In this document: one piece after another, positions 29,297-38,472 of the stretch | How positions within the stretch are numbered: position 1 is the stretch's first letter | Layout: the number at the start of each line of letters is the position of its first letter | Source of the DNA: an uncultured Gemmatimonadales bacterium | Lineage (GTDB): Bacteria; Gemmatimonadota; Gemmatimonadetes; Longimicrobiales; RSA9 | NCBI GenBank assembly: GCA_963798845.1 | Contig: CAWCUS010000006.1 | Span: 1,152,001-1,216,000 of the forward strand | Reading direction: 5' to 3' | DNA: 64,000 nt | Position numbers and translations under genes: made by a program | The notes under the pieces: generated by a model | What the model was told of the DNA's origin: nothing | What the model saw: the letters and a program-made list of their open reading frames with translations, nothing else | Database searches by the model: none

Positions 29297-32200
29297 ATGA
29301 GCCACTCCCCGTACCTGGATGCCATCTCACGGCGCGTCGTGGTCTTCGATGGCGCCATGGGCACGAGCATCCAGGCGCGGGAGCTGACGCGGGCGGACTT
29401 CGGCGGAGACGCGCTGGAGGGGTGCAACGACCACCTGGTCCTGAGCCGCCCGGACGTGATCGAGGAGATCCACGCCAGCTTCCTGGAGGTGGGTTGCGAC
29501 GCGGTGGAGACGGACACGTTCCGCGCCAACCGGCTCACCATGCGGGAGTACGGGCTGCAGGACCGGGTAGTGGCGCTGAACCGGGCGGCCGCGGAGCTGG
29601 CCCGGCGCGCGTGCGATCGGTATGCGACGCCGGATCGCCCGCGCTTCGTCGCCGGCAGCATCGGCCCGAGCGGCTTCCTCCCGTCCACGAGCGACCCGTC
29701 GCTCGGCGCCATGACGTACGAGGAGCTGATGGCCGCGTTCGCGGAGCAGGCCCGCGGACTGCTCGATGGGGGAGTGGACGTGCTTCTGATCGAGACCAGC
29801 CAGGACATGCTGGAAGTGAAGGCCCAGGTGGCGGGGCTGAAGCAGGCGCGGGCGGACGCCGGGCGGGAGTACGTCCCCATCCAGGCCCAGGTGACGCTGG
29901 ACACCAGCGGACGCATGCTGCTCGGCACCGACATCGCCGCGGCGGCCACGGTCCTGGTCGCGCTGGGCGTGGACGTCATCGGACTGAACTGCTCCACGGG
30001 TCCCGAGCACATGCGCCAGCCGGTGCGCTGGCTCACGGAGAACGTCCCGCTCCCCATCAGCGTCATCCCGAACGCGGGGATCCCCCACAACGAGGGCGGC
30101 CGCGCCGTGTACCCGCTCACGCCGGAGGCGCTGGCGGCCGCGCACGACGAGTTCGTGCGCGAGATGGGCGTGAACGTGGTGGGCGGCTGCTGCGGGACCA
30201 CCCCCGAGCACCTGCGCCACGTGGTGGAGCGGGTGTGGGGGACGGAGCCGAAGCCGCGATCGCCGCAGTGGACGCCGCGCGTCGCCAGCGGCATGACGGC
30301 ATTCGACATGGCGCAGATCCCGGCGCCCACGCTCATCGGCGAGCGCGTGAACACGCAGGGAAGCCGCGCGGTCAAGCGTCTGCTCGTGGCCGACGACTAC
30401 GAGGGCGTGCGCGACGTGGCGCGCGGGCAGGTGGACGGCGGCGCGCACCTGCTGGACGTGTGCGTGGCGCTCACCGAGCGGCAGGACGAGGCCGCGCAGA
30501 TGCGGACGCTCGTCAAGCTGCTGGCCCAGAGCGTCGAGACTCCGCTGGTGGTCGACTCGACCGAGGCGGACGTGGTGGAGGCGGCGCTCCGGCAGTACCC
30601 CGGCCGCGCCATCATCAACTCCATCAACCTGGAGAACGGCCGGAAGCGGATCGACGACGTGGTCCCGCTGGCCGTGAAGCACGGCGCCGCCGTCGTCGCC
30701 CTGACCATCGATGAGGAAGGGATGGCGAAGACCGCGGAGCGGAAGCTCGAGGTGGCCCGCCGCATCCACGACATCGTCACCGGCGACTTCGGGCTCCAGC
30801 CGACCGACCTGGTCTTCGACGCCCTGACCTTCACGCTGGCCACCGGCGACGACGAGTTCCGGAAGAGCGCCGTGGCCACCCTGGACGGAATCCGCCGCAT
30901 CAAGGACGAGCTGCCCGGCGTGTTCACGTCGCTCGGCGTCAGCAACGTCAGCTTCGGGCTGCAGCGCCCCGCCCGCGCCGTTCTCAACTCCGTCTTCCTC
31001 CACCACTGCGTGGAGGCGGGGCTGGACATGGCGATCGTGAACCCCGCCCACATCACTCCCTACGCCGAGATCGACCAGGAGCAGCGCGGTCTCGCCGACG
31101 ACCTGATCTTCGACCGCCGCGAGGACGCGCTGGCGCGCTTCATCGCGTTCTTCGAGTCGCACGACGTGGAGGAGGAGGAGGCCGGGGACCCGCGCGAGGA
31201 CATGGACGTGGACGCGGCGATCCACTGGTCGATTTTGCATCGGAAGAAGGAAGGCGTGGAGGCGCTGGTGGACGCGGCTGTCGCATCGCGGATGTCGGGG
31301 ACGATGGCCTCGGGCGCTGGCGCGCCCTCGGCCACCCCGCTTCGCGGGGATTCGACGGCCGATCGCGGCTCCGCCGCTCCGGGCGCCCCCCACCCCGCTT
31401 CGCAGGGATTCGACGGCCGATCGCGGCTCCGCGGCTCCGGACGCCCCGCTTCGCGGGGATTCGACGGCCGATCGCGGCTCCGCCGCTCCGGACGCCCCGC
31501 TTCGCGGGGATTCGACGGCCGATCGCGGCTCCGCCGCTCCGGGCGCCCCGCTTCGCGGGGATTCGGATCGCGAAAGCGCGCGCTCGCCTGTGCCGGGGAC
31601 GGGGCGCACGCCGACGCCGCAATCCCACAAGGCGGGCGTCACCGTCCTCAACCATGTCCTTCTCCCCGCCATGAAGGAGGTGGGCGACAAGTTCGGGGCG
31701 GGCGAGCTGATCCTGCCGTTCGTGCTGCAGTCGGCGGAGGTGATGAAGAAGGCGGTCGCGCGCATGGAGACGTACCTGGAGAAAGTCGAGGGGGAGTCGA
31801 AGGGGACGGTGGTGCTGGCCACCGTCTTCGGCGACGTGCACGACATCGGGAAGAACCTCGTCCACACCATCCTCGAGAACAACGGCTACGCGGTCCACGA
31901 CCTGGGCAAGCAGGTTCCGGTCAACGACATCATCGCCAGGGCGGAGGAGGTGCGCGCGGACGCCATCGGTCTGAGCGCGCTGCTGGTCTCCACGTCCAAG
32001 CAGATGCCGGCGGCCGTGCGGGAGCTCCACAAGCGGGGCCTCCGGTTCCCGGTCATGTGCGGGGGTGCGGCCATCAATCCGTCGTTCGTGCGGAGCGCGG
32101 CGTTCCTCGACGACGAGCAGGAGACGCTGTACGAGCCGGGGGTCTGGTACTGCAAGGACGCGTTCGAGGGGCTGGGCGTGGTCGAGGCGCTGGTGGGCGA

Positions 32201-33367
32201 CGACGCGGCCGGCTTCGCCCGGCGTCGCCTGGAGGAGATCCGGGCGGGCGTGGCAAAGCGGGCCGCGCTGCAGGAAAAGGCGATGGAGTCGCGCCCGGCG
32301 GAGCGGGCGGAGCCGAGCCTCGAGGTCGAAGTTCCGGTCCCGTCGTTCCTCGGGGTGAAGGTCCTGGAGCGGATCCCGCTGGCGGAGCTGTACCGGCTGA
32401 TCGACCTGAACACGCTCTACCGCCTGCACTGGGGCGCGAAGAACGCCAAAGGCGAGGCGTACGAGCGGCTGAAGCGGGAGGAGTTCGAGCCGCGTCTGAA
32501 GCGCTATCAGCGGGAGGCGCTGTCCCGGGGCCGGGTGCGGGTGCGCGCGGCCTACGGTTTCTTCCCCGCGGCGGCGGCAGGCGACGAGGTGGTGGTGTTC
32601 GATCCGGAAGATCCGTCGCGGGAGCTGGAGCGGTTCGCGTTCCCCCGGCAGGAGGGGCGTGAGCGGTTGTGTCTGGCGGATTACGTGCGAGGTTCGATCG
32701 CCTCGGCCGCTGGCGCGGCCTCGGCGACCCCGCTTCGCGGGGAGTCGATGGCGGATCGCGGCTACGCCGCTCCCGCCACCCCGCTTCGCGGGGAGTCGAT
32801 GGCGGATCGCGGCTACGCCGCTCCCCCCCGCTTCGCGGGGAGTCGAAGGTCGGCGGCTACGCCGCCTCCCCGCCGCTGCGCGGCGATTCGTCGGTCGATC
32901 GCGGCTCCGCCGACTCCCCGCCGCTTCGCGGCGATTCGTCGGTCGATCGCGGCTCCGCCGACTCCGGGGGCGACCGCTCGCTTCGGGGCCCGGCGGATTA
33001 CGTCGGCTTCCTCATCGTGTCGGTGTCGGACACACTGCTGCAGGAATCCGAGGCGATGATGAAGGGAGGGGAGTACACGGAGGGCTACTACCTCCACGGA
33101 TTCGGGGTGCGGCTGGCGGAGGCGGCGGCGGAGTACGTCCATCGTCGCATGCGGGAGGAGTGGGGGATCGAGGCCGGGCGGGGGCTCCGCTACGCGTGGG
33201 GATACCCGGCGTGCCCTGATCCGACGCAGCACGAGATCCTGTTCCGCTTGCTTCCGGCCAGGGAGCGTCTGGGGATGGAGGTGACGGAGGCGGGGGCGCT
33301 GGTGCCGGAGCTGTCGACTGCGGCGCTCGTGGTGCATCACCCGGCGGCGAAGTACTTCAGTGTCTAG
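29297..33367 (+). CDS. metH: Cobalamin-dependent methionine synthase with two repeat insertions and two apparent frameshifts
   Basis: FDGAMGT, GLNCSTGP, GGCCGTTP, IGERVN, LGVSNVSFG, GDVHDIGKNLV, RYAWGYPACPD, AKYFSV spread over three frames (29297-, 31590-, 32669- ORFs); frames switch at C-runs 31386-91 and 32823-29. Confidence 0.93.
31298..31575 (+). repeat. Palindromic repeat array inside metH (five cores, mostly 51-bp period)
   Basis: CCGCTTCGC(G/A)GGGATTCG cores at 31337, 31395, 31446, 31497, 31548; encodes PLRGDSTADRGSAAPDA units. Confidence 0.9.
32691..32990 (+). repeat. Second palindromic repeat array inside metH (five cores, 45-51-bp period)
   Basis: CCGCT(T/G)CGCGG cores at 32730, 32781, 32828, 32873, 32921; encodes PLRGESMADRGYAAP / PLRGDSSVDRGSADSP units. 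Confidence 0.9.
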
Positions 33368-33377
33368 GCGCTGCGTA

Positions 33378-33525
33378 GGTCGTTCGCCTTCGGCCGCTGC
33401 GCGGCCTCGGCGACCCCGCTGCGCGGGGATTCGAAGGTCGGCGGCTGCGCCGCCTCCCCGCCGCTTCGCGGCGATTCGAAGGTCGGCGGCTACGCCGCCT
33501 CCCCGCCGCTTCGCGGCGATTCGAT
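33378..33525 (+). repeat. Left arm of the inverted repeat array flanking the four-helix-bundle gene
   Basis: Starts 10 bp after the metH stop; 58-bp terminal segment 33378-33435 plus two more 45-bp units of the metH-type repeat. Confidence 0.88.
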
Positions 33526-33629
33526 GGGGCTGTCTGGCTCCTTCGGGTACGCTGGCCGGTTCGGCCATTCCCTTGCCCTTCGGGCCGAGCGTACTTCCCG
33601 GGCACTACGTCTTCACCGGGGGAGGGAGC

Positions 33630-34223
33630 ATGGCACGAACGACGCGGTTCGGATTCAAGCGGCTCGATGTCTACCGCCTGGCGGTCGAGCACTTCGCCTG
33701 GGTGGGCACGGTGGCCCGGCGGCTGCCGAGGGGGCCGTTCGTGGTGGTGAACCAGGCGCTCGGTTCGGCGCTGTCGATCCCGGGGAACATCGCCGAGGGG
33801 TTCGGTCGTGAGCGGAAGCCGAGGGAGATGTCGCAGCACCTGCGCTACGCGCTCGGTTCCGCATTCGAAGCGGCGGCCTACCTGGATGCCCTCGTCGCCA
33901 TGGGCGTGATCTCGGACGATGAGTACAACCTGGCCGAGGAGCGCCTGTCCCGCGTTTCGGCCATGCTCACCCGCCTGATGCAGAAGCAGACGCTCCGGCG
34001 CAAAGCGGCGCGAGCTGCGCGGGGCGAGACGGCGCCGCGGTCGAGCTTCGAATCCCCGCGCAGCGGGGTGCTCCGAGCCGCGCAGCGGCGAAGGGGCATC
34101 GAATCGCCGCCAGGCGGCGCCGCGGCAGCCGAAGGCTCGCCGCGGTTCGAATCCCCGCAGAGCGGGGTCGCCGAGGCCGCGTCAGCGGCCGAAGGCGATC
34201 GACCCGCGACGACCCCGAGATGA
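33630..34223 (+). CDS. Four-helix-bundle protein (23S rRNA intervening-sequence protein / Avd-like family)
   Basis: FKRLDVYRLA...NQALGSALSIPGNIAEGFGR...HLRYALGSAFE family pattern; GGAGGGAG RBS; C-terminal tail reads through the right repeat arm; TGA overlaps the next ATG. Confidence 0.88.
   Translation: MARTTRFGFKRLDVYRLAVEHFAWVGTVARRLPRGPFVVVNQALGSALSIPGNIAEGFGRERKPREMSQHLRYALGSAFEAAAYLDALVAMGVISDDEYNLAEERLSRVSAMLTRLMQKQTLRRKAARAARGETAPRSSFESPRSGVLRAAQRRRGIESPPGGAAAAEGSPRFESPQSGVAEAASAAEGDRPATTPR
34047..34204 (-). repeat. Right arm of the inverted repeat array
   Basis: 34146-34204 is the reverse complement of 33378-33435 with 3 mismatches and 1 indel; further TCGAATC(C/G)CCGC units at about 34048 and 34099. 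Confidence 0.88.
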
Positions 34224-36194
34224 CCTTCATCGACCTGCTCCACGACGACCGCCCCCACCTCTTCGACGGCGGCATGGGCACGATGCTCTACGCCCGAGGG
34301 GTATTCATCAACCGGTGCTACGACGAGCTGAACGTCACGGACCCGGACCTGGTAGGGACCGTGCACCGGGAGTATGTGGACGCGGGTGCGGAGCTGCTGG
34401 AGACCAACACGTTCGGGGCGAACCCGGTGAAGCTGGGGCAGCACGGGCTGGAGCGGCGGGTGCGCGAGATCAACGCGCGGGCTGCGGAGCTGGCGAGGCG
34501 GGCCGCGAGGGAGCGGGCACTGGTGGGCGGGTCGATCGGGCCGCTGGGGATCCGGATCGAGCCCTACGGTCCGACCTCGCTGGAGGAGGCCCGATCGTTC
34601 TTCGCCGAGCAGGTGGCCGGGCTGCTGGAGGGGGGCGTGGACTTCTTCATCCTGGAGACGTTCGCGGACCTGTCGGAGATCCGGCAGGCAATGGAGGCGG
34701 TACGCGCTGCGTGCGACCTTCCGATGGTGGCGCAGATGACGGTGCGCGATGACGGGACGACGCTGTACGGGACGGCGGTGGAGCTGATCGCGCGCCGGCT
34801 GGAGGAGTGGGGCGCGGAAGTGATCGGGCTGAACTGCTCGGTGGGGCCGCACGGCATCCTGGCCGGGGTGGAGCGTATGGCGGCGGTGTCGGCGACCCCG
34901 CTGTCGGCGCAGCCGAACGCGGGCATGCCCCGGGAGATCGACGGTCGCAAGATCTACATGGCATCGCCGGAGTACATGGCCAAGTACGCGCAGCGGCTGA
35001 TCCAGGCGGGCGCGCGCTTCGTGGGCGGGTGCTGCGGCACCACCCCGGCGCACATCCGGCGCATCGGCGACGCGGTGCGGGCCATGTCGCCGGGGCGGAG
35101 CCGGACGCGGCTGGAAGTCGAGCGCGTGACGGATGGCGAAGACGGCGCGGTCGCCCCGCTCGCGCTGGCCGAGCGCTCGCGTCTGGGTCGCAAGCTGGCG
35201 GCGGGGGAGCTGGTGACGAGCGTCGAGATCGTGCCGCCGAAGGGGGTCGCGCCGGCGGCCATGCTGGCGGGCGTGCGTCGGCTGAAGCGGGCGGGGCTGG
35301 ACGCGGTGAACGTGCCGGACGGGCCGCGGGCGCAGATGCGCATGGGCGTGATCGCCGACCAGCACGCTGATCGAGCAGGCGGTGGGGATCGAGGCGGTGG
35401 TCCACTACACGTGCCGGGACCGCAACCTGCTCGGAATGCTCTCCGACCTGCTGGGCGCACACGCGCTCGGGCTGCGCAACCTCCTCCTCATCACCGGCGA
35501 CCCGCCGAAGATGGGGCCGTACCCGGACGCCACTGCCGTCTTCGACATCGACTCCATCGGCCTCACCAACCTGGTGAACCGCCTCAACCACGGGCTGGAC
35601 CCGGGGGGGAACGGCATTGGCGAGCCGACGGCGTTCACCATCGGCGTGGGCGTGAACCCGGGGGCGCTGGACCGCGAGTACGAGCTGAACCGGTTCTACT
35701 GGAAGGTGGAGGCGGGCGCGGAGTACGCCATCACGCAGCCGGTGTTCGAGGCGGAGCCGCTCCTCGAGTTCCTGGCGGAGCTGGACCGACGGGAGATCCG
35801 GATCCCGGTGGTGGCCGGGATCTGGCCGCTGGTGAGCGCGCGAAACGCCGAGTTCCTCGCGAACGAGGTGCCGGGGATCACGGTGCCGCAGCGCGTGCTC
35901 GAGCGCATGCGGCGCGCCCAGGAGAAGGGAAAGGAGCACGCGGTCGCGGAGGGGATCGCCATCGCCCGGGAGATGTTCGCCGCCGTGCGACACGCGGTAC
36001 AGGGGCTCCAGGTCAGCGCCCCCTTCGGTCGGGTCTCCCTGGCGCTCGACGTCTTCGCCAATGTCGAAGGGATCGACGCCGGCGCGGGGGATGACGACCC
36101 GCCAGGCCACGCGGAGGCCGCCGTGTTCCCGCCACCGTTCCGCTCCGCAGCGCCCGACCCGCACAGAAAAGCCCCGCTGCACGCGGAGACCTGA
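34220..36194 (+). CDS. Bifunctional homocysteine S-methyltransferase / 5,10-methylene-THF reductase (YitJ-like), one apparent frameshift
   Basis: FDGGMGT, GLNCSVGP, GGCCGTTP, VEIVPPKG, then HYTCRDRN, ITGDPP, ITQPVF in the next frame; one extra base at 35355-35357 (GCCGACC). Confidence 0.9.
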
Positions 36195-36538
36195 TTCGCG
36201 CAGCGGGGCTCCCGCCCGGAGGCGGGCAATGATTGGCGGCGGGAGACGGTCGGTGCCCGATTCCACCCTGCCAGGAGGTCACGTCAGTTCCGCCCGGCCT
36301 CCCGCTCGCCGTTTCGGTGCCAGCGCTCCTTTCCCTGGAGGGTCGCGGCATGTTGCCACGACATTCATTGGCCCCGAAGTTGTCGTCCCGGTCCTGCTCT
36401 TCTTCCACCGGCTCTGTTTCTTAGACGGGCGGTCCCGGCGAATCGTTGCCCGGCCGCGCCCGGTGGGCCGCTGGGGTCCTCTACGCGCCGCTCCGCGGTC
36501 ATGTTTCAGCGAGGCGGTGCACCACAGGGTCAACGCGC

Positions 36539-37405
36539 ATGCAATTCTGGAAGGGACACGCCCTCGGCAACGACTACGTGGTGATCGAGTCACGGGAGCG
36601 TCCGTCTCCCGCCCGGATCCGGGCGCTGTGCGACCGCCACCGCGGCGTGGGGGCCGACGGCGTGCTCGTGGGCGATCGCTCCGTCGACCCGGTTGCGCTC
36701 CGCATCTTCAATCCGGACGGGGGCGAAGCGGAGAAGAGCGGGAACGGCCTCCGCATCTTCGGTGCGTGGCTGCACCACGTGGGTGCGGCGGGAGGCGGTC
36801 CGTTCCGCGTCGCTCTGCCGGGAGAGACCGTGGAGCTGGAGGTGGTGGAGGCTGCGGCGGACGGCGAGCGCACGCTCCGGGTCGCCATGGGGCGGGCGTC
36901 GTTCCGGGCCGGCGACGTCGGCTATGCCGGCGCGGATCCGGACGCGATCGTCGCCGGCGAGTCGCTCCCCGGTGACGGACCGGTGGTGCAGGTCGGGGGG
37001 GCGCCGGCGGCGGTGCACCTGGTGTCCATGGGCAACCCGCACTGCGTGGTGTTCACGGACCGGCTGGACGAGGACGAGCTGCGCCGCGTGGGGCCGGCCA
37101 TCCAGTCGCACCCGGCGTTCACACGCGGGGTGAACGTCCAGCTGGCGAGGGTCGTGGGCCCGGCCGTGCTGGAGATCCTGATCTGGGAGCGCGGCGCCGG
37201 AGAGACGCTGGCCAGCGGGTCGAGCGCGTGCGCGGCGGCCGCGGCGGCGCGGCGGGCCGGCCGCCTCGCGGAGTCGCGCATCGAGGTCCGCATGCCGGGC
37301 GGGGACGTAGAAGTGACCGTCGGCGACGACTGGTCGGTGACGCTCACTGGCACGGCGCGCCTGGTCTGCGAGGGCGTCCTGCTCCCCGGCGCGCTCGGAG
37401 GCTAG
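36539..37405 (+). CDS. dapF: Diaminopimelate epimerase family protein with Ser at both catalytic positions
   Basis: KGHALGNDY, GVGADG, RIFNPDG.EAEKSGNG, SMGNPH, NVQ, WERGAGETLASGSS, MPGG. Confidence 0.85.
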   Translation: MQFWKGHALGNDYVVIESRERPSPARIRALCDRHRGVGADGVLVGDRSVDPVALRIFNPDGGEAEKSGNGLRIFGAWLHHVGAAGGGPFRVALPGETVELEVVEAAADGERTLRVAMGRASFRAGDVGYAGADPDAIVAGESLPGDGPVVQVGGAPAAVHLVSMGNPHCVVFTDRLDEDELRRVGPAIQSHPAFTRGVNVQLARVVGPAVLEILIWERGAGETLASGSSACAAAAAARRAGRLAESRIEVRMPGGDVEVTVGDDWSVTLTGTARLVCEGVLLPGALGG

Positions 37406-38472
37406 GTCCGCACCCGGGCGATGAGGAACGTCGACGCCACGGCGAACACCGCGTTCGGCGTCCACGCGGCCACGTCCGGCGGGATCGCCCCGCTGCTCCC
37501 GGCCGCGCCGGCCACCTTGAAGAGCATCAGGTAGACGATGGTGATGGCGAGGGAGACGCCGACGCCGTACGCGGCGCCGCCACGGGGCGAGGAGTTGGCC
37601 AGCGGGGCGGCGAACAGGATGATGATGAGCGCCGCCACGGGAATGGCGATCTTCTGGGCGCGGTCCACCATCAGGTCGTTGGGCTGCCCGCCCGACCGCT
37701 TCAGGATCTGGATCAGACGGCCGAGCTCGCCGTATCGCATCTGCTCGGGATCCTTCTGCTGGTCCAGCAGCTCGTCGGGGCGCTCGTCGAAGCCACGCGG
37801 GTGCAGCGCGGCGAAGCGGTAGGCGCGCTCCATTTCCGGGCCCGCCATGAGGCGGAGATACCCGTCGTGCAGCGTCCAGCCGCTGATGGAGTCGTAGGAG
37901 GCGCGCGGGGCGTAGATGTAGACGCTCGGGACGTCCGGCTCGTTCCCTTCCCGCTCCACCGTGATCCCGTCGATCTCGCCGTTCCCCACGTCCAGCCGGC
38001 GGATGGCGTACACCCGCCCGTCCAGGTCGCGGTAGAGGAAGTCGGAGCGGGACATGTAGTGGGTCGGCTGGCCGCCCAGCAGCTCCGCGCGCAGGCGGTT
38101 GCCCACCGGCACGAGCTCGGTGAGCACCAGGCCGAGCAGGGTCAGCACGATGCCGATGAGCGGAAGCACCGCGAACAGGCGGTAAAAGCTGATCCCGCCC
38201 GCTTTGGCCGCGGCCACCTCCGAGTGCCGCGTCATGTTGTTGACCGTGAAGATGGTCGCGATGAGCGCCGCGACCGGCAGCCCCCAGGAGATGTAGAGCG
38301 GCATCTGGTAGACGTACCCGAGCGCCACGTGGGCGGAGGAGTACCCGCGGTCCATGTACGTGTCCAGGTTGTCCGTCAGGTCGCCCAGGACGAACAGCAC
38401 CGGTGAGGCGACGAGGAAGATGGCGAACAGCCGGAAGAAGTCCCTGACCACGACCCGGTCGAGGATCCTCAC
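37402..38472 (-). CDS. lptG: LPS export ABC permease, LptG-like
   Basis: RILDR..., SEVAAAKAGGISFYRL, C-terminal AAWTPNAVF; second of a tandem pair. Confidence 0.82.
   Translation of the reverse strand: MRILDRVVVRDFFRLFAIFLVASPVLFVLGDLTDNLDTYMDRGYSSAHVALGYVYQMPLYISWGLPVAALIATIFTVNNMTRHSEVAAAKAGGISFYRLFAVLPLIGIVLTLLGLVLTELVPVGNRLRAELLGGQPTHYMSRSDFLYRDLDGRVYAIRRLDVGNGEIDGITVEREGNEPDVPSVYIYAPRASYDSISGWTLHDGYLRLMAGPEMERAYRFAALHPRGFDERPDELLDQQKDPEQMRYGELGRLIQILKRSGGQPNDLMVDRAQKIAIPVAALIIILFAAPLANSSPRGGAAYGVGVSLAITIVYLMLFKVAGAAGSSGAIPPDVAAWTPNAVFAVASTFLIARVRT

Noticed and set aside
31298..32990. Inteins or self-splicing introns in metH
   Set aside because: No Cys/Ser...His-Asn intein ends, no endonuclease or RT, and no group I/II features; the inserts are simple palindromic repeats.
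32675..33003. 12-bp direct repeat GGCGGATTACGT as a target-site duplication of the second metH insert
   Set aside because: MetH natively has two AD[FY] motifs around this loop (LADFV...ADYIG in E. coli), so both copies are probably original; the first insert has no such repeat. Not fully excluded.
33630..34223. Complete diversity-generating retroelement
   Set aside because: An Avd-like fold is present, but I found no reverse transcriptase and no template/variable repeat pair differing at adenines.
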